Made by a program: the position numbers and the translations under genes
In this document: piece after piece, positions 17,693 to 25,880 of the stretch
How the letters are laid out: each line of letters opens with the position of its first letter
Numbering within the stretch: position 1 is the stretch's first letter
Source: an uncultured Myxococcales bacterium
GTDB lineage: Bacteria; Myxococcota; UBA4151
DNA: 25,880 bases
Assembly (NCBI GenBank): GCA_964013405.1
Contig: CAXGWI010000038.1
Location: 1 to 25,880 of the forward strand
Reading direction: 5' to 3'
Notes under the pieces: model-generated
Databases searched by the model: none
What the model was told of the DNA's origin: nothing
Seen by the model: only the letters and a program-made list of their open reading frames with translations

Positions 17693-19096
17693 CTACATGT
17701 GCACCGGGTGGCCCATCAGGCTGTGCAGGCTCTCTTGGACCGTTTCGGAGAGCGTGGGGTGTGCGTGCATGATGGACGCATACCATTCACTTGTGGCTTC
17801 AGCGCTGAGGGCGACGCAGGCTTCCGCAATCGCCTCGGTGGCCCGGGGGCCTACGATGTGCACCCCAAGGACTTCATCATACTCTTCGGCGGCGACGATT
17901 TTTACGAAGCCTCCGGTATCTTTCAGGATCTTCGCCTTGCCGATGGCGCTAAAGGGGAACTTGGAGACTTTGACGGTGTAGCCTCGCTCTTTCGCCGCCG
18001 CCTCGGTGAGTCCGACGCTGGCCACTTCGGGGCGGCAGTAGGTACAGGAGGGAATCCGGTCGTGGTTGACCGGCTTGGGGTTGAGACCTGCCATATGCTC
18101 CACAGCGACGAACGCTTCAGCGCTCGCCACGTGGGCGAGCCAAGCGGTGGGGATGATGTCGCCGATGGCATACACACCACCGACGCCGGTGTGGCAATTG
18201 GCATCCACTTCCACGAGGCCTCGCTCGTTGACCTTAATGCCGAGGGCCTCGAGACCAAGGTTCTTGGTGCAGGGTGCACGACCCGCGGCCACCAGCACCT
18301 TGTCGAACTTGGCTTCGGTCTTCTCTCCTTTTTTGAGGGATTCGATCTCCACCGTGACCTTATTGCGACTGACTTTGGAGCCATTGACCTTGTGGGAGGT
18401 CATGACCTTGATGCCCCGCTTCTTAAAAGCCTTCGCCAACTCTTTCGAACAGTCGGCATCCTCGATGGGGAGGAGGCGATCGGCAAACTCGACCAAGGTG
18501 ACTTCGCTGCCATAGTCCGCATAGGCACTGGCAAACTCGGTCCCCACGGCCCCCGCACCGACCACAAGGAGGGTCTTGGGCACGGCCGTCAGTTCCAGAA
18601 TCTCGTCACTGGAGATGATGTTTTTGCCGTCTAACTCAAGGCCCGGAAGTCCTTTGACTGTGGATCCCGTGGCCAGCAGCACGTGTTTGGCCGAGAGGAT
18701 CCGCTCCCCTTCAGCCTCATCACTGACCTTCACCTTGTCCGCAGCAAGAAGTTGTCCGAAGCCGCGCTCGACGGTGATTTTATTCTTCTTCATCAAGTAG
18801 GCGATGCCACCGGTCAGCTCATCGACAATACCTGCTCGGTAGGTCTGCAGCCCATCCATATCGATTTTGGCGCTGCTTACATCGACGCCGATTTGCGCCC
18901 CATTTTGTGCCTCATGAAGGACTTCTGCGGAATGGAGGAGCGCTTTGGCCGGGATGCAGCCCCGATTCAGACAGGTTCCACCAAGGGTGGCATCTTTCTC
19001 CACCAACGCGGTCTTCAGCCCTAATTGGCTGGCCCGAATCGCAGCCACATAACCTCCAGGCCCGCTCCCGATGACGACGAGGTCGTAGTTCGACAC
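17693..19096 (-). CDS. lpdA: Dihydrolipoyl dehydrogenase (E3)
   Basis: GSGPGGY, redox disulfide GGTCLNRGCIP, ATGS, YAIGD and HAHPTLSE. Start re-called at GTG 19096 (VSNYD), with an AAGGGGG SD just upstream. Confidence 0.97.
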   Translation of the reverse strand: MSNYDLVVIGSGPGGYVAAIRASQLGLKTALVEKDATLGGTCLNRGCIPAKALLHSAEVLHEAQNGAQIGVDVSSAKIDMDGLQTYRAGIVDELTGGIAYLMKKNKITVERGFGQLLAADKVKVSDEAEGERILSAKHVLLATGSTVKGLPGLELDGKNIISSDEILELTAVPKTLLVVGAGAVGTEFASAYADYGSEVTLVEFADRLLPIEDADCSKELAKAFKKRGIKVMTSHKVNGSKVSRNKVTVEIESLKKGEKTEAKFDKVLVAAGRAPCTKNLGLEALGIKVNERGLVEVDANCHTGVGGVYAIGDIIPTAWLAHVASAEAFVAVEHMAGLNPKPVNHDRIPSCTYCRPEVASVGLTEAAAKERGYTVKVSKFPFSAIGKAKILKDTGGFVKIVAAEEYDEVLGVHIVGPRATEAIAEACVALSAEATSEWYASIMHAHPTLSETVQESLHSLMGHPVHM

Positions 19097-19119
19097 GTAG
19101 GCACCCCCTTGCGGGCGGC

Positions 19120-19148
19120 ACCATAGGGCTGCCTTCAGGGGGGTGCAA
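19120..19148 (-). promoter_or_regulatory. Putative sigma70-type promoter for the lpdA operon
   Basis: The minus strand reads TTGCAC (19148-19143), N17, TATGGT (19125-19120), ending about 23 nt upstream of the lpdA GTG. Confidence 0.45.
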
Positions 19149-19203
19149 GGGAGACCTTGTAGAGGCCCGGGGGCTGTTCTATGCGGCGGTTGTAGGGGGC
19201 CTT

Positions 19204-19986
19204 GTGACCATCGATCGTGTCGACTTTCTCGGGACACCCGTCGATTTGGTCTCGAAGACCTCGCTTCTCGACGCCGTTGATAACAGTCTTGAAGCCGGAG
19301 TCCGCCAGCAAATCATCTTTGCCACCAATGCTGCCAAAGTCACTCGATGTCGGCGGAGCGCTGAGTTTACTCGACTCTTGGCTCAGGCCACCTACATCAT
19401 CCCCGATGGAGCAGGTGTTTCGTTTCCATTACGGGCCGCCGGCTTCCATCGACAGCAGAGGGTGACGGGAGTGGATACCGCCGAAGCCTTATTGGTCCAG
19501 GCGAACGCCCGGGCTCGCTCTCTGTATCTGTTTGGTGCCAACGAGGAGGTGGTCCAGGCTCTTGCAGGCCGCATCCGTCGTGAGTTTCCGCAGATCAACT
19601 TAGTGGGTGTTCGAAATGGCTTTATCGAGGGGGGTGAAGCGAGCTTGGTCCTTTGTGACGAGATCTCTTCCCTCAACCCAGACTATCTCTTTGTTGCTCG
19701 GGGTACACCATTGCAGGAACAGTGGCTGATCAGTCACTTGGAGAGACTCTTCTTTGGGGTCGCAATCGGCTTGGGGGGTAGCTTCGATGTGCTGACAGGG
19801 CGGGCTCAAAGGGCGCCTGATTGGGCTCAGAAAGGCGGCGTCGAATGGTTGTACCGGACGGTCTTATCGCCACGGGCCCGACTGGGCCGGACACTGAAGG
19901 AATGCTTGCCGCTGGTTCCCGGTCTTCTCGTGGGTGTCGTTCGTCGGAATCTTGGCCAGCCTTGGGGCAAGTCAGAGCGTTACTGA
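19204..19986 (+). CDS. WecG/TagA/CpsF family glycosyltransferase (GT26; ManNAc/ManNAcA transferase)
   Basis: IPDGAGV, RVTGVD, YLFGA, G.RNGF, GTPLQE.W, GLGGSFDV and RAPDW...G.EWLYR. GTG start after AGGGGG. Confidence 0.92.
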   Translation: MTIDRVDFLGTPVDLVSKTSLLDAVDNSLEAGVRQQIIFATNAAKVTRCRRSAEFTRLLAQATYIIPDGAGVSFPLRAAGFHRQQRVTGVDTAEALLVQANARARSLYLFGANEEVVQALAGRIRREFPQINLVGVRNGFIEGGEASLVLCDEISSLNPDYLFVARGTPLQEQWLISHLERLFFGVAIGLGGSFDVLTGRAQRAPDWAQKGGVEWLYRTVLSPRARLGRTLKECLPLVPGLLVGVVRRNLGQPWGKSERY

Positions 19987-22055
19987 CCGCGCTCGCAATG
20001 AAAGCGCAGGTCGAAGTCACGCAGCACCGGCGTGGCATCTCGATCATTACTGATCAGACGGAAGCTCAGTAAGAGGAAGCGGCCATCTGGTACTTCCGCT
20101 AGATCGTGGGTCCGTCCTCCACCATCGGAGGTGGCCGTGTAGGGGCCGTACTGGGGATTGCCCGGTGCTTCTAATTGGTCTTCTTCATCGGCAACACGAA
20201 TCCGAGCATCAATTCGGCTGTTGGGGGGGACGTCGGCATCGATCAGCAGTTCATCCCAGGTGGTGGGTCCCCCCGTGCAACCTGAGACGATGGTCGAATA
20301 ATCACCTCGGGGTGCGGTGAAGTTTCGTAGTCCATACCCGGTGAAGTCCGAATAGGTGTATGGCCCGCTACCGACGGGAACACGGGTAATCCCACCTCCA
20401 TTGTCCACGTCGATACGGATGGTTTCACCGGCACCACTTACCCCCCAGACATAGCCGAAGAAGTCGGGACCAGCACCGGTAATGGGGCTTGAGTTGACCG
20501 GGAAGTTGCCGACCAGAGCCATGGTATCGGCATTCCAACCGATCACACCCCCTTGGTTGTTCGCCACCCACACCCGGCCCTCTGTGTCCGCACCGAGTCC
20601 GCGCATATAGCAGCTGACTGGGCAAGGTGCGTGGCGCCAGACCCCGTTTCCGGACAAGGGGTCGATCTCGTTGCCATTGCTGTCATGATAGGGGTCATAG
20701 CGATTCACACCGCTGGATTGGGCGCCCACCCAAAGTCGGTTGCTGCCGTCAATGCCAAAGCCGTAGCTGGCCGCGGGCACGCCTCGGGGGCTGGCCAGCA
20801 GCACTCGATTGCCGCTGCGACTATCAAAGCCAGCGATGGAGCCGCCTGATAGCGTGCCGCTCCAGACATAGCCCTCCGAGTCGATCGCCGCACCATAGGG
20901 GCGGTGCCCAATGGGGACCGGGTTGGTGAGTCCGGGTCTTGCGAGAAGATCACCATCGCTGCCTTCGAGGCCATAGAATCGCTGTTCCGAGTAGTTCCCG
21001 ACCCAGACATTGCCCATCGGGTTTTCTTCGTCTCCCGAATCGATGGTCAGTGCTCGCGGCGTGCCACCACCGCCACCGACGGGAACGGTCCAAGAGAAGC
21101 ACTCGTCGGCCCCGCCGGGGAATTCGGTTGGATCACCGCGGTCGATGATGCCGTTGCCGTTACTATCGTTACTGGTTTCGATGCTGCCGTTGCCGTTGCG
21201 GTCTTCACAGTCCACATTGGCGATCTTCGTCGCCGAGCCCTGGCCACCAAAGGCTCTGTTCGCCACCACCATGTCACCATTGAGGTCGATGCCAGTGCGG
21301 CTAGGGGAGTTGTGTCCTCCGGCGGACAGGCCATGATCGTTGGGACCGATGGAGTGATAGCGACCCACTTCTCGCAGCAGGGTCGTGTCCACTTTAGAGA
21401 CCGTCCCCTCGCCCGCATTGGCGATCCAGAGGAAGTTGAGGTCGACTTCTCGGCGGTCCAAAACCACATGGCCATCGTCATTGATGCCGACACCGGAGTC
21501 TCTCTCCTCATCGGGCTCTGGCAGACTGCCATCGGGCGTTGGTGGATCTGCAACATGGCAATTTGGATCACAGTTGCCACACTCCGAACGGACGCCTTCG
21601 TCGACTTGGCCGTCGCAGTTGTCATCTCGATCGTTACAGAATTCATATTCCCGCGGGTTTTGAACCCCCCTGCACCGGCTCCAGATGCCATCCTCACATG
21701 TGATGGTACCGGCTCGGCAGATCCCGACACCTTGGGTGCCGGGCGGGCCATCGTAGCAACTCATCGGAGGGGTTCCCACGTCACAAGCACAACCGGCTTC
21801 TGGTTGATCGCTTTGGCAGCGGTCGCAATGGGTCTGCTGATCGGGATCTGCGTCATTGCAGTCCGGGCCGGCGGCACAGTCTTGTCCGTAGCCATCCCCA
21901 TCGGCATCCACACAGATCGGTCCCCCATCACCGGGGCTCGAACCGCCACCGGCATCGGCCGCTGGGGGCACAACCACGGGAACAGGCTTCTGCTCAGTGC
22001 AATTGGAGCAAGCGGAGGCGAGAAGGATCAGGATTGGAAGAGAGGCACGCATCAT
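19980..22055 (-). CDS. Cys-rich lipoprotein with MopE-like metal-binding motifs, beta-propeller-like core and C-terminal beta domain (paralogue 1)
   Basis: Signal peptide with lipobox LLASA-C. Motifs CVDADGDGYG..DCND, CNDRDDNCDGQVDEG, WIANAGEGTVSKVDT, SPSRTGID, repeated D..G.VW blades and PYTYSDFTG. Confidence 0.85.
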   Translation of the reverse strand: MMRASLPILILLASACSNCTEQKPVPVVVPPAADAGGGSSPGDGGPICVDADGDGYGQDCAAGPDCNDADPDQQTHCDRCQSDQPEAGCACDVGTPPMSCYDGPPGTQGVGICRAGTITCEDGIWSRCRGVQNPREYEFCNDRDDNCDGQVDEGVRSECGNCDPNCHVADPPTPDGSLPEPDEERDSGVGINDDGHVVLDRREVDLNFLWIANAGEGTVSKVDTTLLREVGRYHSIGPNDHGLSAGGHNSPSRTGIDLNGDMVVANRAFGGQGSATKIANVDCEDRNGNGSIETSNDSNGNGIIDRGDPTEFPGGADECFSWTVPVGGGGGTPRALTIDSGDEENPMGNVWVGNYSEQRFYGLEGSDGDLLARPGLTNPVPIGHRPYGAAIDSEGYVWSGTLSGGSIAGFDSRSGNRVLLASPRGVPAASYGFGIDGSNRLWVGAQSSGVNRYDPYHDSNGNEIDPLSGNGVWRHAPCPVSCYMRGLGADTEGRVWVANNQGGVIGWNADTMALVGNFPVNSSPITGAGPDFFGYVWGVSGAGETIRIDVDNGGGITRVPVGSGPYTYSDFTGYGLRNFTAPRGDYSTIVSGCTGGPTTWDELLIDADVPPNSRIDARIRVADEEDQLEAPGNPQYGPYTATSDGGGRTHDLAEVPDGRFLLLSFRLISNDRDATPVLRDFDLRFHCERGQ

Positions 22056-22062
22056 GGGTAAA

Positions 22063-24096
22063 CTAATAGCAGAAGTATTCGACAGACAGCCCCGTTAATG
22101 CGGGGCTGACTTCAGGGTTTTCACGAACGAGCGCGATCTCGACAAGCAGGACCTTATCCCGTTCAAGGTTGCTTAAATCGGCCGGAAAGTCGTCCTGGCC
22201 TGGGCTCAGGGTCCAGCCGCCGACCCAGGCCCGATTCGGGTCGCTGAGTTCCGCTTCGCTCGGTGCCACCTTCACCCGGGCCTCAAGCCTTGTCTGGGCT
22301 GGTGTATCCCCAGTCAGGATGAGTTGTGTCCAGTCGGTGGCCTCCTTGCAGCCACTGACATAGACCTGGCGGTAGACCCCCCGAGGTGCAGTGAAGTTGC
22401 GCAGACCAAAGCCGGTGAAGTCGGAGTAGGTATAAGGCCCAGAACCCACTGGGACCCGACTTTGGTCGTTGGGGTTGTCGGGATTGATGCGGACGGTAAA
22501 GCCATTGCCGCTGACACCCCAGATGTAGCCAAAGAAGTCGACGCCGGCCCCGGTCACTGGTGCAGAGCCGCTCACCCGGGCATTGACGACATGGGCCATC
22601 GTGTTGGTGTTCCAGGCCTGGACGCCGCCCGAGTTGTCAGCGACCCAGATCCGCTCCGCATTATCTACACCCATGCCCCGCAGATAGCAGCCGTTGCCAA
22701 CGCAGGGCTGACTTGCCCACGTGCCGTTGCCTGCCAGAGGGTCCTGCTGGCGGTCCCCGTTGGCGGCAGTATAGGGGTCGTAACGGGTAATTCCTGCGGT
22801 TTGGGCGCCGATCCAGATCCGATTTTTGGCGTCAAGCGTGATCCCGTAAGCGGCCCGATGGGCTCCCTGTCCCGGCTGGATCACCCCGGACTTGCGTCCG
22901 GTAGTGGAGTCGAAGCCCACGATGGTGCCGGCACCAATCGTTCCACTCCAGACATAGCCATTGGAGTCTACCACCGCACCGTATGGGCTGTGGCCGATGT
23001 CTGTGACCGGGTTTGTTAAGCCCGGTCGGCTGAGTACGTCGCCAGTGGCCCCGGCCAGACCGACAAAGCTTCGGTGACTAAACAAACCAACCCAAACGTT
23101 GCCGTGGGGGTTTTGTCCATCGCCGATGTCGATGGCCAAGGCTCGGGCCACACCACCATTCCCACCGGCTGGACTGGTCCAGAGGAAGCACTCATCGGAT
23201 TGACCCAGGAACTCATTGGGGTCGTTCACTTCGATCGAACCGTTACCGTTCGCATCTCGGCTGGTCTGAATCTGGGCATCGCCGTTGAGGTCCCGACACT
23301 GGTCGCTGCCAACTTTCGTCACGGACGCTTGGCGGCCAAAGGCCCGGTTGGCGACAAACATCGCGCCGGCGAGATCGATACCTGTGCGGCTTGGAGAGTT
23401 GTGACCACCTGGAGTTAGACCGGAATTGTTGGGGCCTACGGAATGGTAGCGACCCACCTCAGTCAGTGACCGGGTATCGACTTTGGAGACCGTCCCTTCG
23501 CTGGAGTTGGCAACCCAAAGGTAGTTGTATTCGATCTGTGTCCCATCGGCGAGGACGATAGCCCCGTCCTCGTTGACTTCAAGTCCGCCTTCCTCTTCCG
23601 GGGCGTCGAAGGCTTCGCCGTGCTCCGGGCCGCGGGGGTCTTGGTTGCAGGCCAAGTCACAGGTGCCACAACTGGAACGGAGGCCTTCGTCGACCTGGCC
23701 ATTGCAGTTGTTGTCCAAGTCATCACAGGTCTCCCGTTCCTCGGGCATCACGGCACCCACGCAGTCGCCCCAAAGGCCGCCATCACAGGTCATGCTGCCT
23801 GCAGAGCAAATCCCAACACCGGCGCTATGGGCTGGGCCATCGTAGCAGTGCGCTGCGGGGACTCCCGGATCGCAGGGGCAGCCCGGTTGGCGAGGTTCGA
23901 GATCACAAGGCAGGCGTTCCCCGCCATTGTTTGGGCAGCCCTCATGGATGTTGGGGTTGGCGTCATCGCAATCCGGGCCCCGACTGCAGTTGGCACCAAA
24001 GCCATCGAAGTCCTTGTCGACACAGGGGGCAGCCGGCTTATTGCAGGCGCTCAGCGCAACAACAGTGATCGCAACGAGTATGGTCTTGTTCAGCAT
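22063..24096 (-). CDS. Cys-rich lipoprotein, paralogue 2
   Basis: Lipobox VALSA-C and the same colinear motifs (CVDKDFDGFG, CDDLDNNCNGQVDEG, WVANSSEGTVSKVDT, SPSRTGID, PYTYSDFTG). GAGGGG SD upstream. Confidence 0.87.
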   Translation of the reverse strand: MLNKTILVAITVVALSACNKPAAPCVDKDFDGFGANCSRGPDCDDANPNIHEGCPNNGGERLPCDLEPRQPGCPCDPGVPAAHCYDGPAHSAGVGICSAGSMTCDGGLWGDCVGAVMPEERETCDDLDNNCNGQVDEGLRSSCGTCDLACNQDPRGPEHGEAFDAPEEEGGLEVNEDGAIVLADGTQIEYNYLWVANSSEGTVSKVDTRSLTEVGRYHSVGPNNSGLTPGGHNSPSRTGIDLAGAMFVANRAFGRQASVTKVGSDQCRDLNGDAQIQTSRDANGNGSIEVNDPNEFLGQSDECFLWTSPAGGNGGVARALAIDIGDGQNPHGNVWVGLFSHRSFVGLAGATGDVLSRPGLTNPVTDIGHSPYGAVVDSNGYVWSGTIGAGTIVGFDSTTGRKSGVIQPGQGAHRAAYGITLDAKNRIWIGAQTAGITRYDPYTAANGDRQQDPLAGNGTWASQPCVGNGCYLRGMGVDNAERIWVADNSGGVQAWNTNTMAHVVNARVSGSAPVTGAGVDFFGYIWGVSGNGFTVRINPDNPNDQSRVPVGSGPYTYSDFTGFGLRNFTAPRGVYRQVYVSGCKEATDWTQLILTGDTPAQTRLEARVKVAPSEAELSDPNRAWVGGWTLSPGQDDFPADLSNLERDKVLLVEIALVRENPEVSPALTGLSVEYFCY

Positions 24097-24197
24097 TTCA
24101 AAGCCCCTCGTTGAGTATCCCCTTGTGGCCCCACACCGAGATACCGGACTCTCGACCCAGCAACCGAAGCGAAGTCTTGCCGATAAACGCCGTCAGC

Positions 24198-25880
24198 CTA
24201 TTCTTCGATTTGGCACTGGAAGCGGACGTCATAACCCCGAAGGATTGGCGTGGCTTCCCGATCCGTGCTGACGAGGAAGATTTCTAACTGCAGGTAGCGA
24301 CCTGGCGGTAACTCGCCCAACTCAGCAGGTAGATCGTTTTGACCATCGGCGCTCTGGACCCAGGGGCCGTGAACCCGCAGGCCGGGATCGCCCAGCTCGG
24401 CCAGGTCGTCGGCAACCCGGGCCCGGAATTCGACACGGGTCTGTTCCGGTAGCGTCGCCGTCGCATCTAGTGTCAGCCAGTCGGTATCCAGCTTTTCGCA
24501 GCCCTCAACCACCGTCTTGTAGCCGCCCCGGGGGGCGGTGAAGTTGCGCAGACCGAAGCCCGTGAAGTCCGAATAGGTGTAGGGACTGCGGCCCACCGCA
24601 ACCTGACGCACATCGTTGGGATTGTTCGGATCGACGCGGGCGACCATGCCCGCACCGCGCACGCCCCAGACGAAGCCGTTAAAGTCGATACCCGCGCCAG
24701 TCACGCTGCCGCCACCGACGCTGTACTGACCGACGGCCTGCATCGTGTTGGTGTTCCAGCCACTGACATAGCCACTGTTGTTGGCAGCCCAGATACGTCC
24801 TTGGGCATCGGCGCCCATACCACGCATCAGGCAGGAGCCGCCACCTTGGCAGGGGACGCCACTCCAGTCACCACCACCGGCCAGCGGGTCCTGAATCGGG
24901 TTGCCCTGGGCATCTCGATAGGGGTTGTAACGGCCCATGCCGCGCCCGCCGATCCAGAGGCGGTTCTCGCCATCCATACCGAAGCCATAAGAGCTGCTGA
25001 TGTGACCGTCACCGCTGATGACGCCGCTGGCCCGTCCCGTTCGAGAGTCAAAGCCCACGATGGTATTGCCGGACAGGGTACCACTCCAAACATAGCCATT
25101 GGAGTCGACCACTGCGCCGTAGGGGCTGTGACCAACGGCCACAGGATTCTCCAGGCCTGGGCGCTCTAAGACCACACCATCAGTACCTTGGTAGCCGATG
25201 AACTGGCGGTGGGAATACAGTCCCACCCACACGTTGCCGTAGGGGCTCGCTGCATCACCAGCGTCGATGGCCAACGCTCGGGCCACGCCCCCGTTGTTCC
25301 CGGTGGGCACGGTGAAGGCGAAGCATTCGTCGTTGTTGCCCGGGAATTCCTGGGGGTTCCCCATGTCGATGATGTTGTTGTTGTTGATGTCCTGAGAGGT
25401 GGTGATCTCGCCATCGTCGTTGGCGTCGACGCAGTCGGCGTTGTAGATCTTCGTCAGCGAGCTTTGCCGTCCGAAAGCCCGGTTTGCCACGAACATATCA
25501 CCGTTCAGATCGATGCCGGTCCGGCTGGGACTGTTCTGGGAACCCGCTGTCAGATTATGCTGATTGGGACCAACCGAATGAAACCTGCCTGCTTCCCGCA
25601 ATTCGGTGGTGTCCACTTTAGAAAGGGTGCCTTCACCGGCATTGGCAATCCAGAGGTATTCGAAGCGAACTTGTTCTCGGTTGAGGATGAGGTTTCCGTC
25701 TTCATCAAGACCCACGCCGCTTCCATTGCCCTCATTGGGCTCTTCAAAGGGCTCGCCATTTTCCGGGCCTGCGCCACCGGCGTAGCAGTGGGGATTGCAG
25801 TTGCCACAGGCTGACTGGACGCCTTCATCCACCCGGCCATCGCAGTTGTCGTCGAGTTCGTTGCAGCGCTCGTTGGCCTG
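24198..25880 (-). CDS. Cys-rich protein, paralogue 3 (5' end beyond the window; lipobox not visible)
   Basis: The frame is open to the window edge (QANERCNELDDNCDGRVDEG), so the GTG at 25832 is internal. Same core motifs as paralogues 1 and 2. Confidence 0.87.
   Translation of the reverse strand, partial: QANERCNELDDNCDGRVDEGVQSACGNCNPHCYAGGAGPENGEPFEEPNEGNGSGVGLDEDGNLILNREQVRFEYLWIANAGEGTLSKVDTTELREAGRFHSVGPNQHNLTAGSQNSPSRTGIDLNGDMFVANRAFGRQSSLTKIYNADCVDANDDGEITTSQDINNNNIIDMGNPQEFPGNNDECFAFTVPTGNNGGVARALAIDAGDAASPYGNVWVGLYSHRQFIGYQGTDGVVLERPGLENPVAVGHSPYGAVVDSNGYVWSGTLSGNTIVGFDSRTGRASGVISGDGHISSSYGFGMDGENRLWIGGRGMGRYNPYRDAQGNPIQDPLAGGGDWSGVPCQGGGSCLMRGMGADAQGRIWAANNSGYVSGWNTNTMQAVGQYSVGGGSVTGAGIDFNGFVWGVRGAGMVARVDPNNPNDVRQVAVGRSPYTYSDFTGFGLRNFTAPRGGYKTVVEGCEKLDTDWLTLDATATLPEQTRVEFRARVADDLAELGDPGLRVHGPWVQSADGQNDLPAELGELPPGRYLQLEIFLVSTDREATPILRGYDVRFQCQIEE

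Larger units (their letters stand above)
19980..25880 (-). repeat. Tandem gene array of at least three paralogues
   Basis: Colinear protein similarity across all three ORFs, for example PYTYSDFTG[YF]GLRNFTAPRG near 20310-20365, 22380-22440 and 24527-24585. Confidence 0.9.

Noticed and set aside
14692..18634. Long antisense ORFs (14692..15672, 15838..16665, 17666..18634)
   Set aside because: These are expected shadows of codon-biased high-GC genes, with no independent protein features.
19097..19237. N-terminal extension of the lpdA ORF
   Set aside because: It overlaps the divergent GT26 start. The GTG at 19096 has an SD and gives the canonical length.
20904..25814. Plus-strand ORFs opposite the lipoproteins (20904..22061, 22324..23019, 25188..25814)
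   Set aside because: Their Val/Ala/Ile-rich translations mirror the Asp/Asn/Gly codons of the minus-strand genes, so they are antisense artefacts.
19980..25880. Lipoprotein array as a diversity-generating retroelement or recombination cassette
   Set aside because: No reverse transcriptase or recombinase is in the window, and I saw no near-identical template/variable repeat pair. Similarity is mainly at the protein level.

Overview
This is a gene-dense, GC-rich (roughly 60%) bacterial window. The Cys-rich lipoproteins and a SycD/LcrH-like TPR protein suggest Myxococcota or a related deltaproteobacterium (inference). About 20 CDS are present, and I saw no RNA genes, CRISPR arrays or mobile elements. 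From left to right: (i) a probably 5'-truncated radical SAM gene; (ii) a tightly coupled minus-strand run, in transcription order O-antigen ligase-like, ligase-like with TPR, gluQ, speA, wecC, MBOAT acyltransferase, SGNH protein; (iii) an orphan SycD/LcrH-like TPR chaperone; (iv) a 2-oxoacid dehydrogenase operon (lpdA, E1a, E1b, E2, lipB, probably branched-chain type) whose lipA is separated from lipB by an opposite-strand uncharacterised alpha/alpha-barrel sugar-enzyme-like gene; (v) a WecG/TagA glycosyltransferase divergent from lpdA; (vi) a tandem array of at least three paralogous Cys-rich, Ca-loop, beta-propeller-like proteins (two with a visible lipobox) that runs off the window end. The best candidates for undescribed biology are a dispersed O-acylated ManNAcA surface-glycan pathway that includes the alpha/alpha-barrel enzyme and the coupled gluQ-speA pair, and the diversified lipoprotein array.
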